From a virus (taxonomy: Duplodnaviria; Heunggongvirae; Uroviricota; Caudoviricetes): 16,647 nt of DNA. This document shows positions 8,801-16,088 of the stretch, in pieces. Numbering within the stretch: position 1 is the first letter of the stretch; each line of letters starts with the position of its first letter. The notes beneath the pieces are model-generated. The model searched no databases, had not been told where the DNA came from, and saw only the letters and a list, made by a program, of their open reading frames with translations. The stretch lies in IMG/VR virus record IMGVR_UViG_2703718798_000004; one strand, 5' to 3'. Made by a program: the position numbers and the translations under genes.

Positions 8801-9406
8801 GTATGACGACCAGAGCGTCTTATTCTGCAGCTGGTCCGTGGTGCTGTCCGCCGTCTCCCTGACCATCCGGATGTTAAAGGGCCGGGGCGGCAGATTATCC
8901 AGAATCACCGACGCCAGGAACTGCGAGGTGGTCTTGCCGTTAATGGTGACATCCTTTTCCGTCATCCATTTACCACCACGCTCAAGCTGAATCAGCAGGC
9001 GGACAGACGTCGGGTTACGGTCACCCTTTGAGGTGGTCTCCACCAGTGACTGCACCCCGAAGGTCACCCGCAGACGGTCAATGTTCGCTGACGTAATGGT
9101 GCGTGTCACCGGTTTTGCCTTCGTCACTTCCACACCCAGTACAGTTTCAGCTCCGGAGGACTCAAAGCCTTCCGGTGGTGTCTGCTCCTGCTCCCCGGCG
9201 CGCCAGACCGCGGTCACACCGTGTATCACGGGATTACCGTCCGTGTCCGTCAGCGGGGTTTTGTTCACCAGAATACTCTGCAGGCCTTTCACCGGACCTT
9301 CAATGGGTCCCTCACCAATCGCATCAATCACGCTCATCATCTGCGTGGATTTGAGATTATCCTTCGCCTCACGAGGCGTGTGTGCCTTACCGCCACCTTT
9401 TCCCAT
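5876..9406 (-). CDS. J: Tail tip host-specificity protein J (central tail fibre), 1176 aa, with a non-lambda C-terminal ~150 aa
   Basis: N-terminus [39 protein letters not shown]... and long internal stretches (...[21 protein letters not shown]..., ...[30 protein letters not shown]..., ...[32 protein letters not shown]...) match lambda gpJ as I recall it. GGGGAAGG ribosome-binding site 4 nt before the ATG at 9406. After ...GDIVK the sequence no longer resembles the lambda LamB-binding end. Confidence 0.95.
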   Translation of the reverse strand: [1176 protein letters not shown]

Positions 9407-9509
9407 ACAGCCTTCCCCTGAATAAATTAACCGCCACTTGCCATTCCGTACAGAAGTCGGATATCCTTCGCCCGAAAAGCATGAAACACATTTCTGCCAT
9501 GCTAAACAG

Positions 9510-9545
9510 AAACCCCGGTATCAGCAGATACCGGGGTTTTCTTTC
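9510..9545 (+). terminator. Intrinsic terminator-like hairpin in the I-J intergenic region, oriented for the + strand (possibly bidirectional)
   Basis: Perfect 13-bp inverted repeat aaaccccggtatc (9510-9522) / gataccggggttt (9527-9539) with a 4-nt loop agca, followed on the + strand by ttttctttc. Confidence 0.5.
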
Positions 9546-9611
9546 ATGCCCACCGATAATCCTGTTGGTTAAAACCGGTAATGGCATAAAAATTCTGAAT
9601 ATCTTCACATT

Positions 9612-9639
9612 TTCACAAACTGACTGTGGCGCGTATAAT
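9612..9639 (+). promoter_or_regulatory. Candidate sigma70-type promoter on the + strand (antisense to the tail operon)
   Basis: -35 TTCACA (9612-9617), 16-bp spacer, -10 TATAAT (9634-9639, a perfect consensus hexamer). Predicted start around 9646. Confidence 0.4.
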
Positions 9640-9645
9640 TTCGCT

Positions 9646-9744
9646 GCGTTAGTGTTTTTTTTGCCCGAGTAACAAAAACAACTCCTTAACATTAATCTTC
9701 ATTTGTCTGTCCCCGCAGCTCCGCGATCACTGCGGGATTTTTTT
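9646..9744 (+). ncRNA. Candidate ~100-nt small RNA transcribed antisense to the tail operon, between genes I and J
   Basis: Bounded by the promoter at 9612-9639 and the terminator at 9712-9744. No start codon with a ribosome-binding site on the + strand in between. Purely structural prediction; no family recognised. Confidence 0.25.
9712..9744 (+). terminator. Rho-independent terminator on the + strand, just beyond the gene I stop codon
   Basis: Stem cccgcag (9712-9718) / ctgcggg (9730-9736) with an 11-nt loop, then a followed by a 7-nt T tract (9738-9744). On the minus strand the hairpin is followed by gacagacaaa (not U-rich), so it is unidirectional for the + strand. Confidence 0.5.
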
Positions 9745-9749
9745 ATGTT

Positions 9750-10430
9750 TTATCCCTGTCGACCAATAACCACCACCTTTCCGCCCCCGCCTTCATCACG
9801 GGTGCTGATGTCCTGAGAGATACGTCGTGAACCAACCAGCATTTCACCGTAGGGCACCGGCATCGGGTTGCCCTGGGCAATCATGTTGTCCAGTGAGGAA
9901 AAGTACGTGTTCTGTCTGCCGTTATCCGTTGCGCGGTAATCCGGTGTTTTTGCCTTCGGGGCCAGCATCTGTGCCACACCACCCAGAATCATGCTGGCTC
10001 CAAGTGAAAACAGCATCGTGGTGGCAGAAAAACCACCGGCTGCCAGGGCTGAACCCCATAACGCCATTGATGCCCCGGCAGTGAAGAAAGAGCCCACGAT
10101 GGCTGCCGCCCCCAGCACAATCTGCAGTCCACCCTTTCCGGCCCCGGCCAGTCGCGGCACAATGTGGATGACCGTTCCCTCACCCAGTGGTTCGTGAAGA
10201 CGGGCGTACACCGCCTCCGGTGCCGTGTCATCACCGGCAATACGTATCTGGTACCAGCCTTCGTTCATCTGACGGCGAAAGCCCGGCATCTGCATCGACA
10301 GGGCGCGGATGGCTTCCGCTGCCGTGTTCACATACAGGCTGAGGCGGCGGCCAAATCGTTGTAAATTCCCGTGAAGGCAGATGCGTGCCAGTGGCGGTGA
10401 CGCCAGACAGAATGCGTTCGTCGTTGCCAT
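9750..10430 (-). CDS. I: Tail tip assembly protein I, 226 aa
   Basis: MATTNAFCLASPPLARICLHGNLQRFGRR...IRIAG...VIHIVPRLAGAGKGG...QIVLGAAAIVGSFFTAGAS...GASMILGGVAQMLAPKAKTP...NTYFSSLDNMIAQGNPMPVPYGEM matches lambda gpI as I recall it, including the N-terminal ubiquitin-like region and the glycine-rich hydrophobic core. Confidence 0.9.
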   Translation of the reverse strand: MATTNAFCLASPPLARICLHGNLQRFGRRLSLYVNTAAEAIRALSMQMPGFRRQMNEGWYQIRIAGDDTAPEAVYARLHEPLGEGTVIHIVPRLAGAGKGGLQIVLGAAAIVGSFFTAGASMALWGSALAAGGFSATTMLFSLGASMILGGVAQMLAPKAKTPDYRATDNGRQNTYFSSLDNMIAQGNPMPVPYGEMLVGSRRISQDISTRDEGGGGKVVVIGRQG

Positions 10431-11071
10431 TTTTCGGAATACCTCTCTCGTTTGCTCAGTTGTTCAGGAATATGGTGCAGCAGCTCGCCATCACCACAGT
10501 AAATGGCGGCATGATTCGGCACCGATGAACCAAAACAGCACAGCAGCACATCGCCCGGTTGTGCTGATGACAACGGCACCTGATACAGCCCTGTGGCCTC
10601 CAGATTATCCAGGTACAGGTTCTGGCCGTTGCGCCACCAGTCATCCTCGCGATGAAAATCCGGCATTTCAGTCCCCGCCAGATGATAAGCATCCCGGAAC
10701 AGCGTGTAACAGTCCGTCACCCCGTGCGCAAAGCGCCGTCCTGTCAGATGTGGCACACAGCGGAATTTGTGAATGTCACCCCGGCAGACCAGCCACCAGG
10801 GCAGGGCACTTTTTATCTGCAGCCGCCGGTCAGCCTCGCTCAGCCAGGGCAGCCCACCGGGATGACTGTGGACCAGTGCCACAATCTCCCCCTGCATCTC
10901 TGCCCGCAGCCAGTCTTCCGGTGCGATACGAAAATACGCCTCCGGCTCTGCGGAAATATTCACACAAGGGATATACCGCTCCCCCTCCGGCGTGCTTATC
11001 ACGAAGCCGCACGACTCCGCAGGCGCACACCGCCGGGCATGCGCCAGAATCGCTGATTCAGTCTGTGTCAT
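10328..11071 (-). CDS. K: Tail tip assembly protein K (JAB/MPN metalloprotease-like domain plus NlpC/P60-like cysteine peptidase domain), 247 aa
   Basis: The ORF-track entry (10328..11332) is open further upstream into gene L; I place the start at the ATG at 11071 (MTQTESAILAHARR...), 10 nt after the L stop. JAMM motif HSHPGGLPWLSEAD (H-x-H-x7-S-x2-D). The C-terminal part contains ...HGVTDCYTLFRDAYH..., NlpC/P60-like. The 3' end overlaps gene I by about 100 bp in another frame. Confidence 0.85.
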   Translation of the reverse strand: MTQTESAILAHARRCAPAESCGFVISTPEGERYIPCVNISAEPEAYFRIAPEDWLRAEMQGEIVALVHSHPGGLPWLSEADRRLQIKSALPWWLVCRGDIHKFRCVPHLTGRRFAHGVTDCYTLFRDAYHLAGTEMPDFHREDDWWRNGQNLYLDNLEATGLYQVPLSSAQPGDVLLCCFGSSVPNHAAIYCGDGELLHHIPEQLSKRERYSEKWQRRTHSVWRHRHWHASAFTGIYNDLAAASACM

Positions 11072-11081
11072 AAAACAGGAT

Positions 11082-11780
11082 TTACTGCGAAAGTTTATTG
11101 ATGGAAAGGAAACCGCCAAAATTGCCGACATTCCTGCGCAGTTCACACCCGCGCATGCACTTGCTGCATCTGTCCTTACGGATATCCGTGGTGGGGTTGT
11201 CGAACTCATCCGCCACCGCAGGACCGTTATACCCGCATTCATCTCCCCGGTAATCCCACATACAGGTGTTCGCCAGCATGATGCGACCGGGAAACAGCGC
11301 ACCGTCCGTCTCCGTCGGTGTCGCCAGCACAAACGAGGCCGTCATGGCTGTCAGCTCCGACATCTGCTCCACCACCCAGCGGTCACTCAGCTCCTGCTCC
11401 GGGTCCGCCTCCGGATTGCCCGCAACGAAATTCACCGCATCCAGAAAACGGGCATACACCCGGCGGCGGACCACCATGGCCCCCACCAGGCTCTGCAAAT
11501 CCTCCGCCATTCCGGTGACAAGACCAAACAGATTGGACACCGTCAGCGACGGGCGGGCACTGCTGCCCTTTCCGTTCATCTCAAAGCCACTCCCCTCAAT
11601 CGGGTACGCCTGATATTGCCGCCCCTGCCAGGTCACCGGCTCCCCTTTTTCATTCAGCTCATTACAGAAAAAATACCGCTCACCGCCCTGTACCGTCAGG
11701 TCGATTTCCCAGAGCACCACCCGCGGTGACTGCTCTGACTTAACCGACTCGTTCAGACTTTCTTCGTGAATATCCTGCAT
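11082..11780 (-). CDS. L: Tail tip protein L, 232 aa
   Basis: MQDIHEESLNESVKSEQSPRVVLWEIDLTVQGGERYFFCNE... matches lambda gpL as I recall it. A C-terminal cysteine cluster (TCMWDYRGDEC...DRCSKCMRGC) is consistent with the iron-sulphur cluster reported for gpL. The ATG overlaps the M stop. Confidence 0.9.
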   Translation of the reverse strand: MQDIHEESLNESVKSEQSPRVVLWEIDLTVQGGERYFFCNELNEKGEPVTWQGRQYQAYPIEGSGFEMNGKGSSARPSLTVSNLFGLVTGMAEDLQSLVGAMVVRRRVYARFLDAVNFVAGNPEADPEQELSDRWVVEQMSELTAMTASFVLATPTETDGALFPGRIMLANTCMWDYRGDECGYNGPAVADEFDNPTTDIRKDRCSKCMRGCELRRNVGNFGGFLSINKLSQ

Positions 11781-12121
11781 CAGTTCACCACCTGCTCAAT
11801 CGTACAACTGAAATCACTGTACCTGGCGTTATCTGTGACGCTCCACTCCCGGCACACCACCCTCACCGTCCGGTTATGTTTCGGTGGTCGCCACAAAAAG
11901 GCACGGTAACCACCATGCCACGATAAAAATTCATCCAGCCAGCGCCGGGTTGGTTCATCCGTCACCCGGAACACCGCCTGAAACGTCTTCAGTCTGGCAT
12001 TAAGTCCCGTCGGTCGGCGCTGTTCATAACCGTCACCAAACCGAACCCTCACCACCGACGGTTTCTCACTCACCTGCATCCCTTCACGCGGGACCAGATG
12101 CAGCGTTTTTATCTCAGCCAC
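11780..12121 (-). CDS. M: Minor tail protein M, 113 aa
   Basis: MAEIKTLHLVPREGMQVSEKPSVVRVRFGDGYEQRRPTGLNARLKTFQAVF... of gpM-like size and sequence. It overlaps the H stop by 8 nt and the L start by 1 nt, as in lambda-type tail operons. Confidence 0.9.
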   Translation of the reverse strand: MAEIKTLHLVPREGMQVSEKPSVVRVRFGDGYEQRRPTGLNARLKTFQAVFRVTDEPTRRWLDEFLSWHGGYRAFLWRPPKHNRTVRVVCREWSVTDNARYSDFSCTIEQVVN

Positions 12122-15100
12122 TCAGCATTCCTCCGTCACGTCGCATGGACAGCATCACCGCCTGCACCCGCTGGTCAATCAGCTGCACAAGACTGCCTGC
12201 CGCCTCCGGCCCTATCTGTCCGTTAGCCCCGTCATTCTGAATGGCGATATGGTAGACCGGGGAATACACCAGACCGGCACTGCCGTTCATACTGCCCACC
12301 GCGCGTACGCCCAGCGAGCCATCCGCCGCCCGGGTCAGGGGCATAATGGCTTCAGGTCCGGCTTCCCCCATCAGCCCGGCCCCTTTTGCAAAGGCAAAGT
12401 ACGTGGGCGTATCCACAATGCTGTTGCTGTACGCACTCAGGTTTGCCGAGGTATACACGCCGCCTTTTGCATTGGCCACCGCACCGCCCAGCCAGTCACC
12501 AATACTGCCAATAAATCCTCCTGCACCGGACATACTGTTTGCCGCCGTCTTGATCCCGTTGACAATCGCGGCATTCATAAGAACTTTTGATATTTCCTGC
12601 AGCACTGATGAGGCCCAGTTGCGCCATTCCACTTTGTTTCCGTTCAGCATCTCCGTGATGTTATTCACCAGTCCTGAAATCCCCTCCGTTGCCAGCTGTG
12701 CTGCCTGAGAGGCGTAATCGGATGCATTGTCCACCCAGTTACTGAGCCCCTCCTGCAAGCCTTTCTGCCAGTCCGCACGCTGCGCATCCGATTCGGCATA
12801 AAAGGCTGCCTGGTCCTTAAGGCGTTCGCTCAGATACTGCGCGTTCTGTGCCCGTGCCTGTCTGTAAAAATCCTCACTGATATCCCCGGTCTGATACTGA
12901 GACTGAAGGTCCGCATCCTTCTGGCGGAAGCTGTCGCGGATCTGCTGCAACTCCCGCATGCGTTCCCTGGCTCGTTCTCCCTGCCCGTACCCCAGCAGTT
13001 CAGCTTCATTTGATGCACGCGCAGCCACATTATCATTCTTCAGGGTCTCTTCCCGGGATCGCAACTGTTCCCGGATTTTTTGCTGGTCAATCAGGGCCGC
13101 GTTACGCAGCAGTTCCTGCTTCTGCATCTCCGTCAGGGTTTTCAGTTCGCCCTGCGCAGTCTGGTACTTCAGCTTCGCCAGCTCTGTATTCTGACCCGCC
13201 AGTGCCAGTTGCTCTTTCTGCTGCTTCAGTAGCCGGGAAAAACTGTCTTCCGCTTTTTCCGTCTCTGATTTTCCACCCCGGGATTTAGGTTTGTTCGCCT
13301 CGTTATTACGCCAGGCTTCCAGAGCATTACTGATATAACGCTGTCTCGCCTCCTGATACGAATCCCCCACAAAACCAAGGTCATCCGCCGCATACCCCAG
13401 CCGGGCACGCTCTTTTTCCTCCCCCTTCAGTCGGGACAGGGCCAGCTCACGTTCTGTTTTTGTCAGGGCGCTCTGCTGTTTATCATCCAGGGTGGCCTGC
13501 GGCAGCCGTAACGGTACATTCACCAGTCCCTGCCGCTGCTGAAGCAGTTCATTCCCCAGCCCCAGCAGACGGTTGAATTCCGTATGCTGACCGTTCATAA
13601 CCAGCATGGACTGGTACACCTTATTCTGCTCTGCCGCCTGCTGACGAATTAACGCCACACGACGGTCTTCCAGCCCGGCAAGCACATCCTGAATGGACTG
13701 CGCTTTTTCCTGCATCTGTGCCAGACGGGACTGCTCAACGGCAAGCTGCTCTGTTGCCTGAGAAAGCCCTTCCGTTACGGTCTTCACCGATGTCAGATGG
13801 TTTATCATGAATCCGTCACCGGTTGTCCAGCCAGGGTTAGCCAGAACATACTGATATCCAGCGATTTTTTCCTGCAGGGATTTCACCCGGCTGGCCTGTT
13901 CATCAATCAGCCGGTTCTGCTCTGCCAGCGCCGCCCGTGTTCGTCCTTCATTATCTGAGGCTTCAGGCAAAGACATTGACGGCGTTTTATGCGCGATTTC
14001 ATCTATCGTCAGTGCATACTGGCGCGCTGACTCCCTGGCCTGCTCCTGATTCTGGTACAGCGTATACCATGCTGCTGCCCCCAGCATCACCAGTCCGGGT
14101 ACGCCACCAACCAGTCCCAACGCACCAGTCATCAGACGTGAGCCCACCGCCGTTGTACTGTTCAGCGCATTCTGGGCTGCGGTTCTGGCAGCAATATTTC
14201 TGTTCAGGCGTTCCTGTGTGGCCGCCAGACGGGCTTCTGCAGCAATCTGCATCTCCGTCCCGCGGGCTGCCGCCACAGCCTGCTGTGCACGGTACACGGC
14301 TGCCCTTGCCCGCGCCGTGGCAATCTGCGTCCCCCTGAGCTGTGCTTCCGCCAGTGCCACTTCATTACGTGCTGCCGTCACAAGTCCTGCCGTGGCAGAC
14401 ACCGCTCCGGAGGCCATATTGCCAAAGTACCGGGCAACCCCGACGGCAACCAGCGCCCCCGCTGCTGTTGCCACATTATCAATATTACCGGCAACACCGT
14501 TCAGCACGCCGGAGAGCGTTTTCGTCGCTCCGCTGGCTTCATTCGCGCCACCCACCCAGGCCATAAAGGCGTTTTCCACCTTTGTGATCCCGTCAGAGAC
14601 CGTTTCCGGCATGGCGGCATATTCATCACGCAATACCCCCAGCTGGCTGATTAACGCAGGAACGACTTTATCCGCCGTCAGTTTGCCGTCGTCCGCCATC
14701 GCCTTAAGGTCTTTACGGGCCACGCCCATACCCGCAGCCAGTGCACGTATGATCCGGTCTCCGCTTTCATTGACCGAATTAAATTCCTCACCCCGTAACA
14801 CACCCTGTGCCAGCGCCTGGCTGAACTGGGTGATCACCGAGCCCGCCTCTGCCGTACTGGCACCGGAGATTTTCAGCCCCGTGGAAATGGCCTCCGTCAC
14901 CTTCAGTACATCACCGGCACTGTAGCCATATTCACGCATTGAGGCTGCCGAGCGGGCAAACAGGGCCGCATTATCTGAAAATGCCGTGCCCGTCCGCTGG
15001 CTGATATCCATCAGCACTTTCTGTGATGACGAAAATTCATCGGATGACTGCGACGCCTGTTTCAGTCGGGCATTCACGGAACTCCATTCATCGGCCAGAG

Positions 15101-15356
15101 AAATCAGGTGTCCGGTGGCAAAGGCACCTGCAAATGCCCCCGCCGTTCCGGCAGCTGAAGCGCGGATTTCCGTCAACTGGCTGTTCAGCTCAGCCAGGGC
15201 GCGTCGCTGCTCCCGGGCGACTGCGGCAGCCTGACGCCCGCCATTCTGCAGGGTCCGGTAATATTCACTGCCCATGCGGGAAGCCCGCTGGATCTCCGAC
15301 TGGAATGACTGCGAATTTGCCGAAATTTTGATAATCAGTTCACGTAACGTCGCCAT
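12114..15356 (-). CDS. H: Tail tape measure protein H, 1080 aa
   Basis: Long Ala/Gln/Arg/Glu-rich largely alpha-helical protein in the position between G-T and M. Central hydrophobic glycine-rich segment (...LMTGALGLVGGVPGLVMLGAAAWYTLY...) and a gpH-like C-terminal region. GGAGAAAGG ribosome-binding site upstream of the ATG at 15356. Confidence 0.9.
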   Translation of the reverse strand: MATLRELIIKISANSQSFQSEIQRASRMGSEYYRTLQNGGRQAAAVAREQRRALAELNSQLTEIRASAAGTAGAFAGAFATGHLISLADEWSSVNARLKQASQSSDEFSSSQKVLMDISQRTGTAFSDNAALFARSAASMREYGYSAGDVLKVTEAISTGLKISGASTAEAGSVITQFSQALAQGVLRGEEFNSVNESGDRIIRALAAGMGVARKDLKAMADDGKLTADKVVPALISQLGVLRDEYAAMPETVSDGITKVENAFMAWVGGANEASGATKTLSGVLNGVAGNIDNVATAAGALVAVGVARYFGNMASGAVSATAGLVTAARNEVALAEAQLRGTQIATARARAAVYRAQQAVAAARGTEMQIAAEARLAATQERLNRNIAARTAAQNALNSTTAVGSRLMTGALGLVGGVPGLVMLGAAAWYTLYQNQEQARESARQYALTIDEIAHKTPSMSLPEASDNEGRTRAALAEQNRLIDEQASRVKSLQEKIAGYQYVLANPGWTTGDGFMINHLTSVKTVTEGLSQATEQLAVEQSRLAQMQEKAQSIQDVLAGLEDRRVALIRQQAAEQNKVYQSMLVMNGQHTEFNRLLGLGNELLQQRQGLVNVPLRLPQATLDDKQQSALTKTERELALSRLKGEEKERARLGYAADDLGFVGDSYQEARQRYISNALEAWRNNEANKPKSRGGKSETEKAEDSFSRLLKQQKEQLALAGQNTELAKLKYQTAQGELKTLTEMQKQELLRNAALIDQQKIREQLRSREETLKNDNVAARASNEAELLGYGQGERARERMRELQQIRDSFRQKDADLQSQYQTGDISEDFYRQARAQNAQYLSERLKDQAAFYAESDAQRADWQKGLQEGLSNWVDNASDYASQAAQLATEGISGLVNNITEMLNGNKVEWRNWASSVLQEISKVLMNAAIVNGIKTAANSMSGAGGFIGSIGDWLGGAVANAKGGVYTSANLSAYSNSIVDTPTYFAFAKGAGLMGEAGPEAIMPLTRAADGSLGVRAVGSMNGSAGLVYSPVYHIAIQNDGANGQIGPEAAGSLVQLIDQRVQAVMLSMRRDGGMLSG

Positions 15357-15403
15357 TCACCTTTCTCCGGGCGTAAAAAAACCGCCTCAGCGGTTCTCAT
15401 CAT

Positions 15404-15718
15404 TCATGACTGTGCTGCAAAGCTCAGCGCGTCTTCCAGCGCCGCAAACGGATCCACCTCCGGCTTATCCTCATCCTCGCCCCAGCAGAGCATGGCGTCC
15501 TTCAGTGCAACATTCATCCCCTGTGCCCCAAAAACCGCTTTCACGATCTGTGCATTACGGATATCCCCGCGCTCATCACCCAGCGGGGATACCCTGTCGA
15601 ACTCCATCCACATCATCGCCTCGCTCGCACTCAGGCTGTGCCGCAGTTCGGATAAGGTGCGCCCCAGACGGAGCCCAAGTCGCATCAGAAAGCGAATTTC
15701 CGGGCGGGCTACTTTTTT
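15404..15718 (-). CDS. T: T portion of the G-T tail assembly chaperone fusion, reached by a -1 programmed ribosomal frameshift from G
   Basis: The -1 frame entered at the slippery heptamer reads KKVARPEIRFLMRLGLRLGR..., identical to the ORF-track T frame (MRLGLRLGRTLSELRH...), and continues to the stop at 15404-15406. No separate ribosome-binding site is needed. Confidence 0.8.
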   Translation of the reverse strand, partial: KKVARPEIRFLMRLGLRLGRTLSELRHSLSASEAMMWMEFDRVSPLGDERGDIRNAQIVKAVFGAQGMNVALKDAMLCWGEDEDKPEVDPFAALEDALSFAAQS

Positions 15719-16083
15719 CTGGCCGACTCTGCATCAGCGATCAGTTCCAGTGCCTGACGCAGCAACCGGGCATGTACCGGACCATAGACGGCCAGCACCT
15801 GCTCACGGTCGTCCGGAGTGAACACCCGTTGCAGGTCAGTATCACACAGGACATCGCAGAACAGCGTCACATCCGCTTCCAGGTTACGGCGGGTTTTCGC
15901 CACCACCGACAGGGTATCGTCATCCTCTCCATCACCATTGAGCACTTCCTGCCACAGATACCAGGCCTCTGCCGAAGGCTCCCGCAGCACCACGCTGACA
16001 TTTCTCCATTCCGGCACCTTCACCGTTTTATGACGGAACCCCGACAGTCTGGCCAGCGCCAGTGTTTTCAGATCTTTTGCCAT
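15709..16083 (-). CDS. G: Tail assembly chaperone G, 124 aa
   Basis: Acidic 124-aa ORF immediately downstream of the major tail protein gene and upstream of T, ending ...AESARKK with the slippery site in its last codons; position and frameshift architecture define it. Confidence 0.85.
   Translation of the reverse strand: MAKDLKTLALARLSGFRHKTVKVPEWRNVSVVLREPSAEAWYLWQEVLNGDGEDDDTLSVVAKTRRNLEADVTLFCDVLCDTDLQRVFTPDDREQVLAVYGPVHARLLRQALELIADAESARKK
15712..15718 (-). other. Programmed -1 ribosomal frameshift slippery heptamer A_AAA_AAG at the end of gene G
   Basis: Minus strand reads ...GCC AGA AAA AAG TAG... in the G frame (A R K K stop). A AAA AAG is a canonical X XXY YYZ slip site and the -1 frame continues into T. 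Confidence 0.8.
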
Positions 16084-16088
16084 AAGCC

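Noticed and set aside
6324-9425. Plus-strand and alternative-frame ORFs inside gene J (e.g. 6788..7582, 7347..7952, 7793..8668, 9033..9425)
   Set aside because: They are antisense or out of frame relative to a well-supported 1176-aa J homolog, have no ribosome-binding sites, and have Arg/Pro-rich composition typical of non-coding frames in GC-rich DNA.
9382-9692. ORFs 9382..9672 (+) and 9387..9692 (-) spanning the I-J intergenic region
   Set aside because: Both run through the hairpin terminators and the J start region and have no convincing ribosome-binding site. The region is better explained as non-coding regulatory or small-RNA sequence.
11072-11332. N-terminal 87-aa extension of the K ORF given in the track (10328..11332)
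   Set aside because: The extension overlaps the 3' part of gene L in another frame and is Arg/Cys-rich nonsense. The recognisable K sequence begins at MTQTESAILAHARR (ATG at 11071), just after the L stop.
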